DNA from: an uncultured Draconibacterium sp.
Lineage (GTDB): Bacteria; Bacteroidota; Bacteroidia; Bacteroidales; UBA12170
Assembly: GCA_964412145.1 (NCBI GenBank)
Contig: CAYPOW010000002.1
Coordinates: 1-37,629 of the forward strand
Length of the DNA: 37,629 nucleotides
Direction: 5' to 3'
Every line of letters starts with the position of its first letter. Within the stretch, counting starts at the first letter, position 1. A model generated the notes under the pieces. That model worked only from the letters and a program-made list of their open reading frames with translations, had not been told where the DNA came from and made no database searches. Positions 9,055 through 18,264 of the stretch are shown here, one piece after another. The position numbers and the translations under genes were made by a program.

Positions 9055-10473
9055 TTACTTTTTCTTTTTTTTACTTGCTTTCTTATCGAATGCATTGATT
9101 TCTTTTTTCCAAACATTTAGTTTGTAAAGCATTATTTTTACGAGTTCTGGTTCTTTTTTTGCTAGGTTATTTTGCTCATAAGGATCCTGTTCAATATTGT
9201 ATAATTCAACTTTGTTTTTGTCGTAAAAATGAATGAGCTTAAATTCTTTAAAGCGAATAGTTGATGAGTTATAATCACCTGTTTTAGTTGGACGGCCAAG
9301 AGGCGAATGCCAGAAAAAAGCTCGATCTTGATTAATTTCTTCGCCTTTTATGGCGGATACAAAACTCACGCCATCAATATGTTGTTCTGGTTTGAGCGGT
9401 AATCCTGCCATTTCAAGAAATGTTGGGTAATAATCGGCACCAGTTATTAACGATTGTCGAGTTGATCCGTCGTCAGCAACCCCTTTCCAATGAACTATTG
9501 TTGGTATCTTTATTCCTCCTTCGTATAAATGGCCTTTGCCGGCTCGGTAAGGAAGGTTGGATGTAGCTAAATTTCTTTTGTTATTTGTGCCAGAATTGGA
9601 TAATCCCCCGTGATCTGATATGAGTAAAATAATAGTATTATCGTAGACTCCCTCATCTTTAAGTGTTTGTATCAATCGGCCTAAACTTTCGTCAACGCTT
9701 TCTATCATTGCAGCATATATCGGGTGGTTTTGATGCATTTTCTGTCTTCCATCTACACCAAAAGTATATTCATCGCTTTCAAAAGTCATGCTTTCTAATT
9801 TCTTTTTGTACTTGGCTATCTTTTCTTTCTTCGCTTGAAGAGGAGTGTGTACGGCGTAGTGCGCAATGGTAGCAAAGAAGGGTTGATCTTTATGTTCCTT
9901 GATATATTTTATGGTTTCATCGGTTAGTCTATCGGTTAAATATTCACCCTCTACACCGATTTCTAAACCCGTAATTTTTCTGCCTAAACCAGCCTTAGTC
10001 ACTTTATTATAGGGAAAGAAATAGGAGGGAGGGCCTCCAGCATCGCAACCCCCTTTATTTATATCAAAACCTTGGTTTTGTGGCCAGTGAGATTCTTCGT
10101 GGCCTAAATGCCATTTTCCCGTATAAAAAGTTGAATAACCATGTTCTTTTAAGGCTTCGGCAATAGTAACTTCGTCCAGTTCCATATTACCTCTTCCAGG
10201 AATTCCAGCTCGTGCAGGAAATTTCCCTGTAAACATTGCAAAACGTGCAGGAACACAACGTGGGTGTGCAGTATATGAGTTATCAAATCGAACACCATTT
10301 TCTGCCAAACGGTCAATATTTGGCGTTTCATAAAATTGAGAACCAGAAATGGACAAATCGCCCCAGCCTAAATCATCAACAATAAAGAAAATAAAGTTGG
10401 GTCTGTGTTGAGCATTTGCAATACTCAAGTTGAAAACAACGAGTAAAATAGTGATAAGGATTACTTTTTTCAT
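9055..10473 (-). CDS. S1 sulfatase, Cys-type, SPI signal peptide; paralogue of the adjacent gene
   Basis: Signal peptide ending ANA/Q, PNFIFFIVDDLGW, CVPARFAMFTG, GKWHLG, HYAVHTP, SDHGG. Confidence 0.95.
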   Translation of the reverse strand: MKKVILITILLVVFNLSIANAQHRPNFIFFIVDDLGWGDLSISGSQFYETPNIDRLAENGVRFDNSYTAHPRCVPARFAMFTGKFPARAGIPGRGNMELDEVTIAEALKEHGYSTFYTGKWHLGHEESHWPQNQGFDINKGGCDAGGPPSYFFPYNKVTKAGLGRKITGLEIGVEGEYLTDRLTDETIKYIKEHKDQPFFATIAHYAVHTPLQAKKEKIAKYKKKLESMTFESDEYTFGVDGRQKMHQNHPIYAAMIESVDESLGRLIQTLKDEGVYDNTIILLISDHGGLSNSGTNNKRNLATSNLPYRAGKGHLYEGGIKIPTIVHWKGVADDGSTRQSLITGADYYPTFLEMAGLPLKPEQHIDGVSFVSAIKGEEINQDRAFFWHSPLGRPTKTGDYNSSTIRFKEFKLIHFYDKNKVELYNIEQDPYEQNNLAKKEPELVKIMLYKLNVWKKEINAFDKKASKKKKK

Positions 10474-10495
10474 GTTTGGAAGGTTAAATCATGAA

Positions 10496-10560
10496 CAAAG
10501 CTAGCTCATAAATGTCTCAAATGGGTTGAAAATTGATTCTGTTTAGTTCGTTTTAGATTC
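10496..10560 (-). promoter_or_regulatory. Bacteroidota -7 promoter box plus putative HTCS operator for the sulfatase operon
   Basis: TAGCTTTG (10503-10496) matches TAnnTTTG. Upstream on the minus strand: GAATC-N6-GAACT-N5-GAATC-N6-CAACC-N20 before the box. Confidence 0.65.
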
Positions 10561-10622
10561 ATTGAGACAAAAACAAGCATGTTCGCTCAATGTATGTGGC
10601 ACAATTAACTCGAAGCGTCATC

Positions 10623-13600
10623 TTAAAATTTATCTATTTCTTTGAGATGATCTTTTACGAATTGAGTAGGAGTAGTGTTAAAGAATTTCTTGAAGCTTGT
10701 ACTGAAATATTTTGGATCGGCGAAGCCAGTTTCATAAGCCACATCAGAGATATTTAAATTGTTGGATAAGAGAAGTTTTTTAGCTTCCATCAGGCGAATT
10801 AAACGGATAAAATCTTGTGGCGATTGATCGGTTAGGGCTTTGAGTTTACGGTATAAAACAGGCCTGCTCATGGCTAATTCACGCGCTAATGTTTCAACAG
10901 ATAAGTCTTGATTGGTGATGTTCTGAAGAATGTATTCCTTGGCTTTTTTAAGTAATTCTTGATCAAGCGATTTATATACCGTTTCAGATTCATCAATATT
11001 GGAATGAAATGCAAACTTTTCTTTTAAGCGTATACGAGTGAGCAATAAATTGTTTATTCGAGCAATCAAATAACTGATATCAAAGGGCTTTTCGATATAA
11101 GAATCTGCTCCAATATTAAAGCTTTCAATCTTACTATCGACATTATTTAAAGAAGTCAGTAAAATAATTGGAATATGACTCGATGCAATATCTGATTTAA
11201 GCAACATACACATTTCATTTCCATTCATTACAGGCATCATCACATCCGAAACAATTAAATCTGGATGCTTATCGTGGACTATTTCGAGTGCCTTTTGGCC
11301 GTCTTCAGCTTGTAATATGTTGAAGTATTTACCTAAAACATCTGATAAATAAGTTAGTAACTCTCTATTGTCTTCAACGAGTAAAATTTTGTATTTCAGT
11401 TTTTTGATTTCATTTGATCCGCTTTTACATTCCGTTGTTGTTTTAAATAGCGGCTGTATGTCTATTTCATTGCGTTTACTTTGGATGGCTATGCTTGAAG
11501 TTTCATATTTTTTGAATGGAATTTCGATAGTAAAGGCTGTTCCTTTATCTTCAATCGACTTAAAGCTAATTTTTCCCTCATGCAGTTCAACGAGTTTTTT
11601 CACTAAAACCAAACCAACACCACTTCCCGTTTCTTGCGAATTGATTACATTTCGTGCTCTAAAGTAACGGGTAAATATATTCTTTTGCTGATTGATAGGT
11701 ATTCCAATACCCGTATCGCTAATCTGAACCTGACACCTTTTCTTAAAGCTTTTTACGGAGATGTTAATTTCTCCATTTTCTTTAGAGTATTTTATCGCAT
11801 TGGAAATGAGATTATATAATATCTTTTCCATTTTATCCCGGTCGAACCACAAAACAAAGTCTTCCGTAGGAAAATCGAAATTTAATTTAAGTTTTTGATT
11901 TTCAATCAGTGGCATAAAGCTTAAAGAAAGCTCTTTTATAAAATGGATAAATTGATGCGGTGCAGGATAGAATTGCGATTTCCCTAAATCGGCTTTTTGA
12001 AATTCCATGAGTTGCGTAACCAAACGGTTTAATCGATTGACGTTTTTTGTCGCTATCATTAAACTTTTTAGATCGGTTTTATCCATAAAGCTTGAATGAC
12101 TTAGGTTTTCAAGCGGTGCCTTAATAAGGGTTAATGGAGTCCTTAAATCGTGTGCAATATTGACAAAGAAGCGTGTTTTTGCTAATGCATTTTTTTCCTT
12201 TATACGAATTCGGAAAAAGTTGATTACAAAATAGAGAATACTTGAGAGAATTACAACATAAATAAGATAAGCCCAAACAGTTTGGGTTATGGGCGGATCG
12301 ATATTTATTTGAACCTGTCGGATATTATCTCCCCAAATTTCATCCTGATTGGAGGCTTTTACTTTAAATGTATATGTGTCAGGAATTAGATTGGTATAAA
12401 TAGCTTCTCTTTTGTTGGTTGGGACACTCCAGTTTTGATCAAATCCTTCGAGTTTCCAGCTATATTTTATTTTGTTTGGATTGACAAAATTGATTGCCGA
12501 AAAACCAAAAGTTATCGAATTTTGATTGTGCTTTAACTCTATTTGGTTTGTAGTGTTGATATGATTAGATAAGACCGCATTTTCAGAATCAATGAGTTGT
12601 TCTTTACCAAAAAGTTTAAAAGAGTTAAACGCTAATCTAGGTATGCTATAATCAATGCTTAAACTGTCGGGATTAAAAAAAGTAAACCCGTTTTGCCCAC
12701 CAAAAAATATTTCGCCGTTACTGGTTTTCCCGTGGGGGCCGAAATTAAACTCCTGATCGCTTAAACCATCAGATTTGTCATAATTTTTGAACTCATTATT
12801 AAGAGGATTAAAATGCGACAATCCTTTAGTAGTGCTAATCCATAGATGATTGTTTTGGTCTGTTTCAATACCATAAATAAAATTTGAAGGTAATCCGTCT
12901 TCTGTAGAATAGACTTGCATTGCTTTTTTATCTATATCCCAAAAAATCATTCCTCCACCCTCAGTGCCTAGCCAAAGTTGTTTTTTATTGGAATCCGTCC
13001 CTTCAAAAATGCTAAAAATTCGATTTTGATTCAACAAAATGCTGTACGGTCTAGGCCGATCTACTTCGTAGGTCTCCTCATCAATAATATATAAACCTTC
13101 TGTTGTTCCTACATAAATAGTCCCCCAGCTCGATTGTTTTATCGCTTTTACATTAGTCAGAGGAATCTCCCTGCTTTTCTTGGTTTGCGTATTGTAAACA
13201 ATTAAGTTGCCAATTATTCCACCAGCCCATATCTGGCCTTTTTTATCTTCAATAATCGAATAGATATAATCTGATCCAACTGCTTTGCCCGCATTGTTAG
13301 TTTTTGCAACTTTTTCGTAAGTCAGGTTAAGAGGGTTTATTTTAAAAAGACCTTTATTATAAGTGCCAGCCCATACACTGCCATCTTTTGATTGACAAAG
13401 GGTAAGAACAATAATATCTTCATTCTTGTTTTGGCTTTGTAAAATATGCTCCCATTTGTCTTTTTTTCGGTTATAAATACTAATCCCTTTTTTAGTACCA
13501 AACCATAAATTCCCATTTTTTGTTTCCAAAAAAGCACGAGCCGTATTGTTTTTTAAACTGTTTTCGTTGTAGGGTTCATGATTGATTTTGTAAAAGCGGT

Positions 13601-14651
13601 TGGTGCTGGAGCTGTATACATTCACTCCCCCGCCATATGTAGCAATCCACATTGTCTGATCTCGATCGAAGAATATATCATAGACCCCTTTGTTGCTTAA
13701 GGATTGAGGAATATCGTCAATATGCATTAATTTAGAGACAATTTTAAGCTGAGGATTAAAAACACAGATTCCTTCACCATCTAGAGCAATGTATGCTTTG
13801 TTTGCATGCATTGTAATGTCCTTTATTGGAACAATTCTAGTTTGATTTGCGATAATTTCCGAATTCAAATCGTAGAGTTTGTTCTCCTTCTTATCAAACA
13901 CAAACAAGCCTTTGTCGCGTGTTCCAATCCAGATCCTTCCCTCGGAGTCTTCGTTAAAAGACATAATAACTTCATCTCTTAAAATAGCTAATCGTTCAAT
14001 AGGCTGTTTATCAGAAAGGTTGTCAATAGAATACGTCCCGGAAAAGATTCCCTGATTGGTTCCTATCCATAACACCCCTTCAGAATCTTTAAAAACCTCT
14101 TGTGTAATCAAGTTGATGTTATTGATATAGTCGATGGAATTATTTATCAAATCGATACAAAATAATCCGCTGGCAGAACAAACAACTAGATGATCGGGAT
14201 CTAGCAAAAGCATATCGTACACGACACTGATTATTGGGTTTATGCCCTTTATCTGTACACGTTCAAATTTATCTTTTTCTTTATTGAAGAAATAGATCCT
14301 TCCTGATTCAGTTGAACAATAAAGAGGTGAATTTTCGCCTTGAATTAGACTCAAAACCATATTGTCCCGAGCGTATTGATAGGGTTGGTCTGTGAGCGAA
14401 TAGCTTGTAAAATTGATGCCGTCAAATTTATTCAGCCCATCTTTTGTTGCAAACCACATAAAACCATCATGATCTTGAAAAACAGCATAAACAACACTAT
14501 TGTTTAATCCGCTTTCAACAGAGAATTGCTTAAAAACCCCTTGATTAACCAGCTTTGCTTCGCCGCTCTTAAATGGCACAACAATAAGGAACAAGAGAGA
14601 AAGTCTTAGTACAAGTAATTTAGTAATTAAGAAGAAATGAGGTTGACGCAT
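10623..14651 (-). CDS. Hybrid two-component system sensor/regulator (beta-propeller sensor, Y_Y_Y, TM, HisKA, HATPase, REC, AraC HTH)
   Basis: Repeated D..G..W(I/F)GT..GL propeller blades, Y.L.GFD..W/YTNL.P..YTFKV, one TM helix, AHDLRTPLTLI, NLISNAIKY, DTGIGI, GSGVGL, SDVMMP, VAYETGFADPKYFS..FKK. Confidence 0.97.
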   Translation of the reverse strand: MRQPHFFLITKLLVLRLSLLFLIVVPFKSGEAKLVNQGVFKQFSVESGLNNSVVYAVFQDHDGFMWFATKDGLNKFDGINFTSYSLTDQPYQYARDNMVLSLIQGENSPLYCSTESGRIYFFNKEKDKFERVQIKGINPIISVVYDMLLLDPDHLVVCSASGLFCIDLINNSIDYINNINLITQEVFKDSEGVLWIGTNQGIFSGTYSIDNLSDKQPIERLAILRDEVIMSFNEDSEGRIWIGTRDKGLFVFDKKENKLYDLNSEIIANQTRIVPIKDITMHANKAYIALDGEGICVFNPQLKIVSKLMHIDDIPQSLSNKGVYDIFFDRDQTMWIATYGGGVNVYSSSTNRFYKINHEPYNENSLKNNTARAFLETKNGNLWFGTKKGISIYNRKKDKWEHILQSQNKNEDIIVLTLCQSKDGSVWAGTYNKGLFKINPLNLTYEKVAKTNNAGKAVGSDYIYSIIEDKKGQIWAGGIIGNLIVYNTQTKKSREIPLTNVKAIKQSSWGTIYVGTTEGLYIIDEETYEVDRPRPYSILLNQNRIFSIFEGTDSNKKQLWLGTEGGGMIFWDIDKKAMQVYSTEDGLPSNFIYGIETDQNNHLWISTTKGLSHFNPLNNEFKNYDKSDGLSDQEFNFGPHGKTSNGEIFFGGQNGFTFFNPDSLSIDYSIPRLAFNSFKLFGKEQLIDSENAVLSNHINTTNQIELKHNQNSITFGFSAINFVNPNKIKYSWKLEGFDQNWSVPTNKREAIYTNLIPDTYTFKVKASNQDEIWGDNIRQVQINIDPPITQTVWAYLIYVVILSSILYFVINFFRIRIKEKNALAKTRFFVNIAHDLRTPLTLIKAPLENLSHSSFMDKTDLKSLMIATKNVNRLNRLVTQLMEFQKADLGKSQFYPAPHQFIHFIKELSLSFMPLIENQKLKLNFDFPTEDFVLWFDRDKMEKILYNLISNAIKYSKENGEINISVKSFKKRCQVQISDTGIGIPINQQKNIFTRYFRARNVINSQETGSGVGLVLVKKLVELHEGKISFKSIEDKGTAFTIEIPFKKYETSSIAIQSKRNEIDIQPLFKTTTECKSGSNEIKKLKYKILLVEDNRELLTYLSDVLGKYFNILQAEDGQKALEIVHDKHPDLIVSDVMMPVMNGNEMCMLLKSDIASSHIPIILLTSLNNVDSKIESFNIGADSYIEKPFDISYLIARINNLLLTRIRLKEKFAFHSNIDESETVYKSLDQELLKKAKEYILQNITNQDLSVETLARELAMSRPVLYRKLKALTDQSPQDFIRLIRLMEAKKLLLSNNLNISDVAYETGFADPKYFSTSFKKFFNTTPTQFVKDHLKEIDKF

Positions 14652-14685
14652 AAATCTTTTCCCAAATATTTATTGCGTAAAACTA

Positions 14686-14693
14686 CAAATTTA
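14686..14693 (-). promoter_or_regulatory. Putative -7 box of the HTCS promoter
   Basis: TAAATTTG on the minus strand, ~35 nt upstream of the ATG. Confidence 0.5.
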
Positions 14694-14778
14694 AAAGGTT
14701 TTACTTTTAGAATTTGAATGATTTAATCTGTTTTAAAATCCGAAAAAATATATTGGGTCGTTTTTTTTCGGGAATTAA

Positions 14779-14786
14779 TACCTTTG
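14779..14786 (+). promoter_or_regulatory. Putative -7 box of the anSME promoter
   Basis: TACCTTTG matches TAnnTTTG, 28 nt upstream of ATG 14815; divergent from the HTCS. Confidence 0.55.
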
Positions 14787-14814
14787 CTTTCTCAAACCGA
14801 TATAATTTTTCTAA

Positions 14815-16170
14815 ATGAGCAAAAAACAAACCATCCATTTTACCGATGCAATAAACATCAATAAAATCCCCGATGCATTCAGTGTTATGGCCAAACCTAT
14901 TGGCCCAAAATGCAACCTAAATTGCACCTATTGCTACTATTTGGAAAAAGACAAGCTCTATCCTGAAACCTCTGATTTTATGATGTCAGATGAAACACTA
15001 GAGGCTTTTACCAAACAATATATTCAAGAGCAAAAAGCGGATACTGTTATATTTACTTGGCAAGGTGGTGAGTCCACAATGCTTGGCATCCCTTATTTTC
15101 AAAAGGCGCTCGATTTACAAAAAAAATACACCAATGGGAAGACCATTGAGAATAGTTTTCAAACCAATGGAACTTTGTTAACGGATGAATGGGGAAAGTT
15201 TTTAGCGGATAATAATTTTTTGGTGGGTGTTTCTATTGATGGCCCTGAAGATTTGCACGATCGCTATCGTAGATATGCCGATGGCAGACCCTCTTTTCAC
15301 AAAGTGATGGAAGGAATAGAAATTCTTCACCGCCATAAATGTGAATTTAATACGCTTTCCGTAGTAAACGACTATAACGCCCAGCATCCTTTGCGCGTTT
15401 ATAATTTCCTGAAAGAAATTGGCAGCACGTATATGCAGTTTATCCCTATTGTGGAGCGTAGAGCTTTGGATGAGAATAATGTTTTAAAATTGGTTGAACC
15501 CACTTATAAAGGCGAAGCAGAAGTTACGGAATGGTCAGTAACACCAAAAGATTATGGTAATTTTCTAATCAAGATTTTTGATGAATGGGTACGAAAAGAT
15601 GTTGGCCGTTATTATGTGCAACTTTTTGATGTTACTCTAGGTAATTGGGTTGGAGCTCCTCCGGGCCTGTGTGTTTTTGCTGAAACTTGTGGACAAGCAA
15701 CCGTTATTGAGCACAATGGGGATATGTATGCTTGCGATCATTTTGTGTACGATGATTATTTTATTGGAAATATCAAAAATCAGTCGCTTGGGGAGATGTT
15801 AAAATCGCCCAAGCAATTTAAGTTTGGGCTCGATAAAAAAAACAAATTACCATTCTATTGTAGAAGATGCGAATTTCTGTTTGCTTGTCATGGCGAATGC
15901 CCCAAGCATCGATTTGAAAAAACGCCCAATGGAGAAGAAGGCCTCAATTACCTTTGCGAATCCTATAAAATGTTTTTTGGACATGTGAAACCTCATATGA
16001 ATTATATGGCTGGCGAACTTAATAACCGTAGGGCGCCTGCAGGCATTATGGAACACTTAAAGATGCAAGATCAGGCAACCCAAAACGTGAAATTACCGAA
16101 AAGAAACGATCTCTGTTTTTGTGGGAGCGGGAAAAAGTTTAAACATTGCTGTGAATCTAAGTTTAAATAG
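14815..16170 (+). CDS. chuR: Anaerobic sulfatase-maturating enzyme (anSME; radical SAM/SPASM) with C-terminal SEC-C motif
   Basis: KPIGPKCNLNCTYCYY, WQGGE, QTNG, SIDGP, SPASM cysteines (CVFAETCG, ACDH, CRRC...CHGECPKHR, LC), and a tail RNDLCFCGSGKKFKHCC. Confidence 0.95.
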   Translation: MSKKQTIHFTDAININKIPDAFSVMAKPIGPKCNLNCTYCYYLEKDKLYPETSDFMMSDETLEAFTKQYIQEQKADTVIFTWQGGESTMLGIPYFQKALDLQKKYTNGKTIENSFQTNGTLLTDEWGKFLADNNFLVGVSIDGPEDLHDRYRRYADGRPSFHKVMEGIEILHRHKCEFNTLSVVNDYNAQHPLRVYNFLKEIGSTYMQFIPIVERRALDENNVLKLVEPTYKGEAEVTEWSVTPKDYGNFLIKIFDEWVRKDVGRYYVQLFDVTLGNWVGAPPGLCVFAETCGQATVIEHNGDMYACDHFVYDDYFIGNIKNQSLGEMLKSPKQFKFGLDKKNKLPFYCRRCEFLFACHGECPKHRFEKTPNGEEGLNYLCESYKMFFGHVKPHMNYMAGELNNRRAPAGIMEHLKMQDQATQNVKLPKRNDLCFCGSGKKFKHCCESKFK

Positions 16171-16200
16171 TAGCCTGACCTAGTATTTTTTGGTTGTCTA

Positions 16201-16234
16201 TAAATACTTGAATAGCAAGTATTTAATATTTTTT
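16201..16234 (+). terminator. Possible terminator after anSME
   Basis: Perfect 10-bp inverted repeat TAAATACTTG-AATAG-CAAGTATTTA followed by a T run; the stem is AT-rich. Confidence 0.5.
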
Positions 16235-16311
16235 GTTGTGTATAAAAATACGAGCATATATTTGATCTACCTCTGAATTGGCCATTTGTTCAGAATTCCT
16301 ATGCTATGTTT

Positions 16312-16376
16312 GAACGTTAATAGGAAGCCCCTGAACGAATATCAAACCTAAATTACTTTTATTTTTCTTTTATTTG
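16312..16376 (+). promoter_or_regulatory. Putative HTCS operator and degenerate -7 box for the SSS-GH94-GH29-MFS-GH94 operon
   Basis: GAACG at 16312 and 16333 (21 apart), AAACC at 16344, then N20 and TTTATTTG. Confidence 0.55.
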
Positions 16377-16415
16377 ATGTCACAAATAGTCATTTACAAG
16401 AAAAGAGTAAAAACA

Positions 16416-18254
16416 ATGCTGCTTCAACAATTAGATATTTTAATCATTCTAGCGTATTTGCTTACAACTGTTGCAATTGGTTTTTTACTGAAAAAGAGAG
16501 CGCAAAAGAGCAAAAACGATTATTTGCTAGGCGGAAATAAATTGCCTTGGTATATGCTTGGATTATCCAATGCATCTGGAATGTTTGATATTTCAGGAAC
16601 TATGTGGCTCGTTACTCTGGGCTTTGTTTATGGCGTAAAAAGCATGTGGATTCCTTGGCTTTGGCCAACGTTTAATCAGATTTTTTTAATGGTTTTTCTT
16701 TCTATCTGGCTTCGCCGATCGAATGTAACTACAGGAGCTGAATGGATACAGACACGCTTTGGAAAGGGTTTGGGAGCTATCTTGTCACATCGGATTGTAG
16801 TGATTTATGCCTTGATCAGCAGCCTGGGATTTTTGGCTTACGGATTTGTTGGCTTGGGCAAATTTATGATGATTTTCATACCCTGGGAAACCGTAAGTGC
16901 CACTTTTGGTTTTGCAGCCGACAGTATTTCTCCAGAGTATATTCCGCATGTCTATGGAATTGTATTTACTTTATTTGCAACACTTTATGCTATTTTGGGG
17001 GGAATGGTTAGTATTGTGTGGACCGATGTTTTGCAATATTTAATCATGACGGTATCCTCTATCATTATTGCCGTAATTGCTATAAATGCCCTTGGCGATA
17101 CTACACTATTAGTACCCGAGGGCTGGAAATCGCCTTGGTTTGGATGGACCCTAGATATGGACTGGAGTGGTATTATTGCTGAGGTAAACGATAAAATAAA
17201 ACAAGATGGTTTTACCTTGTTTTCGGTGTTTATGATGATGATGCTTTTTAAAGGGTTTCTAGTAAGTGCTGCTGGTCCAGCCCCAAATTATGATATGCAA
17301 AAAATCCTATCGGCTAAAAGCCCAAAAGATGCTGCAAAAATGAGTGGTTTGGTTTCTTTGGTTCTAAACCCTGTAAGATATTTAATGATAATGGGCTTTG
17401 TCGTTTTGGCCGTTCTGTATTACAATAAACTCAACTTAGTCGTAGGAGGAACAATTGATTTTGAACAAATCTTGCCATCTGCTATAAGCCAGTTTGTCCC
17501 AACTGGTTTATTAGGCCTGCTACTTGCTGGCTTGCTAGCCGCGTTTATGTCAACCTTTGCAGGTACCTTAAACGCAGCTCAAGCCTATGTGGTAAACGAC
17601 ATTTATTTAAAAGTAAAACCTAAGGCTTCCTCAAAGCAAATTAAAAACACCAATTATTTGGTGGGAATTGTAACCGTTGGTTTTAGTATTACCCTCGGTC
17701 TTTATGTGGAAAATGTAAATAGCCTCCTACAATGGATCGTATCTGCTCTTTGGGGTTCTTATGTCGCTTCTAATGTGTTAAAATGGTATTGGTGGAGATT
17801 CAATGGGCAAGGTTATTTCTGGGGGATGCTCTCCGGTTTGATTCCGGCTTTAATTTTTCCTCTTATCTTTAAAGAAACACTCGAATTGTATTATTTTCCC
17901 GTTTTATTACTGGTTTCTATTGTTGGAGCAATTGTTGGTACTTTTTCTTCGGCACCTACCGATATGAATTCCCTTAAAGCCTTTTATAAAAATGTTAGAC
18001 CTTGGGGTTTTTGGAAGCCTGTTTTGGAAATTGTACAAGCAGAAGATCCTAGTTTTAAAGCAAATCGTAATTTTAAGCAAGATATGTTCAATGTATTTGT
18101 TGGTATTGTTTGGCAAACATCGCTTATCGCACTACCCATATATGTTGTATTAAAAGAAACCGCTTTTTCATTAATCGCGGCAGCTATAGTTCTAGTTACC
18201 ATGATTATTTTAAAGAAAACCTGGTGGGATAAATTGGAACAAAACAGCAATTAA
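16416..18254 (+). CDS. Sodium:solute symporter (SSS) family sugar transporter
   Basis: Many TM helices; LD..I...[14 protein letters not shown]...[22 protein letters not shown] 16416 is preferred over TTG 16374, which overlaps the putative promoter. Confidence 0.92.
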   Translation: MLLQQLDILIILAYLLTTVAIGFLLKKRAQKSKNDYLLGGNKLPWYMLGLSNASGMFDISGTMWLVTLGFVYGVKSMWIPWLWPTFNQIFLMVFLSIWLRRSNVTTGAEWIQTRFGKGLGAILSHRIVVIYALISSLGFLAYGFVGLGKFMMIFIPWETVSATFGFAADSISPEYIPHVYGIVFTLFATLYAILGGMVSIVWTDVLQYLIMTVSSIIIAVIAINALGDTTLLVPEGWKSPWFGWTLDMDWSGIIAEVNDKIKQDGFTLFSVFMMMMLFKGFLVSAAGPAPNYDMQKILSAKSPKDAAKMSGLVSLVLNPVRYLMIMGFVVLAVLYYNKLNLVVGGTIDFEQILPSAISQFVPTGLLGLLLAGLLAAFMSTFAGTLNAAQAYVVNDIYLKVKPKASSKQIKNTNYLVGIVTVGFSITLGLYVENVNSLLQWIVSALWGSYVASNVLKWYWWRFNGQGYFWGMLSGLIPALIFPLIFKETLELYYFPVLLLVSIVGAIVGTFSSAPTDMNSLKAFYKNVRPWGFWKPVLEIVQAEDPSFKANRNFKQDMFNVFVGIVWQTSLIALPIYVVLKETAFSLIAAAIVLVTMIILKKTWWDKLEQNSN

Positions 18255-18264
18255 AAAAATAGAT

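Noticed and set aside
12700-14550. Repeats in the HTCS N-terminal region
   Set aside because: These are ordinary beta-propeller blades of HTCS sensors, not a DNA repeat array.
6039-16250. 14-nt direct repeat TGTGTATAAAAATA (6039-6052 and 16237-16250) flanking the sulfatase-HTCS-anSME block
   Set aside because: It is low-complexity and AT-rich, so plausibly chance. There is no recombinase, and the shared operator suggests the block belongs with the downstream genes.
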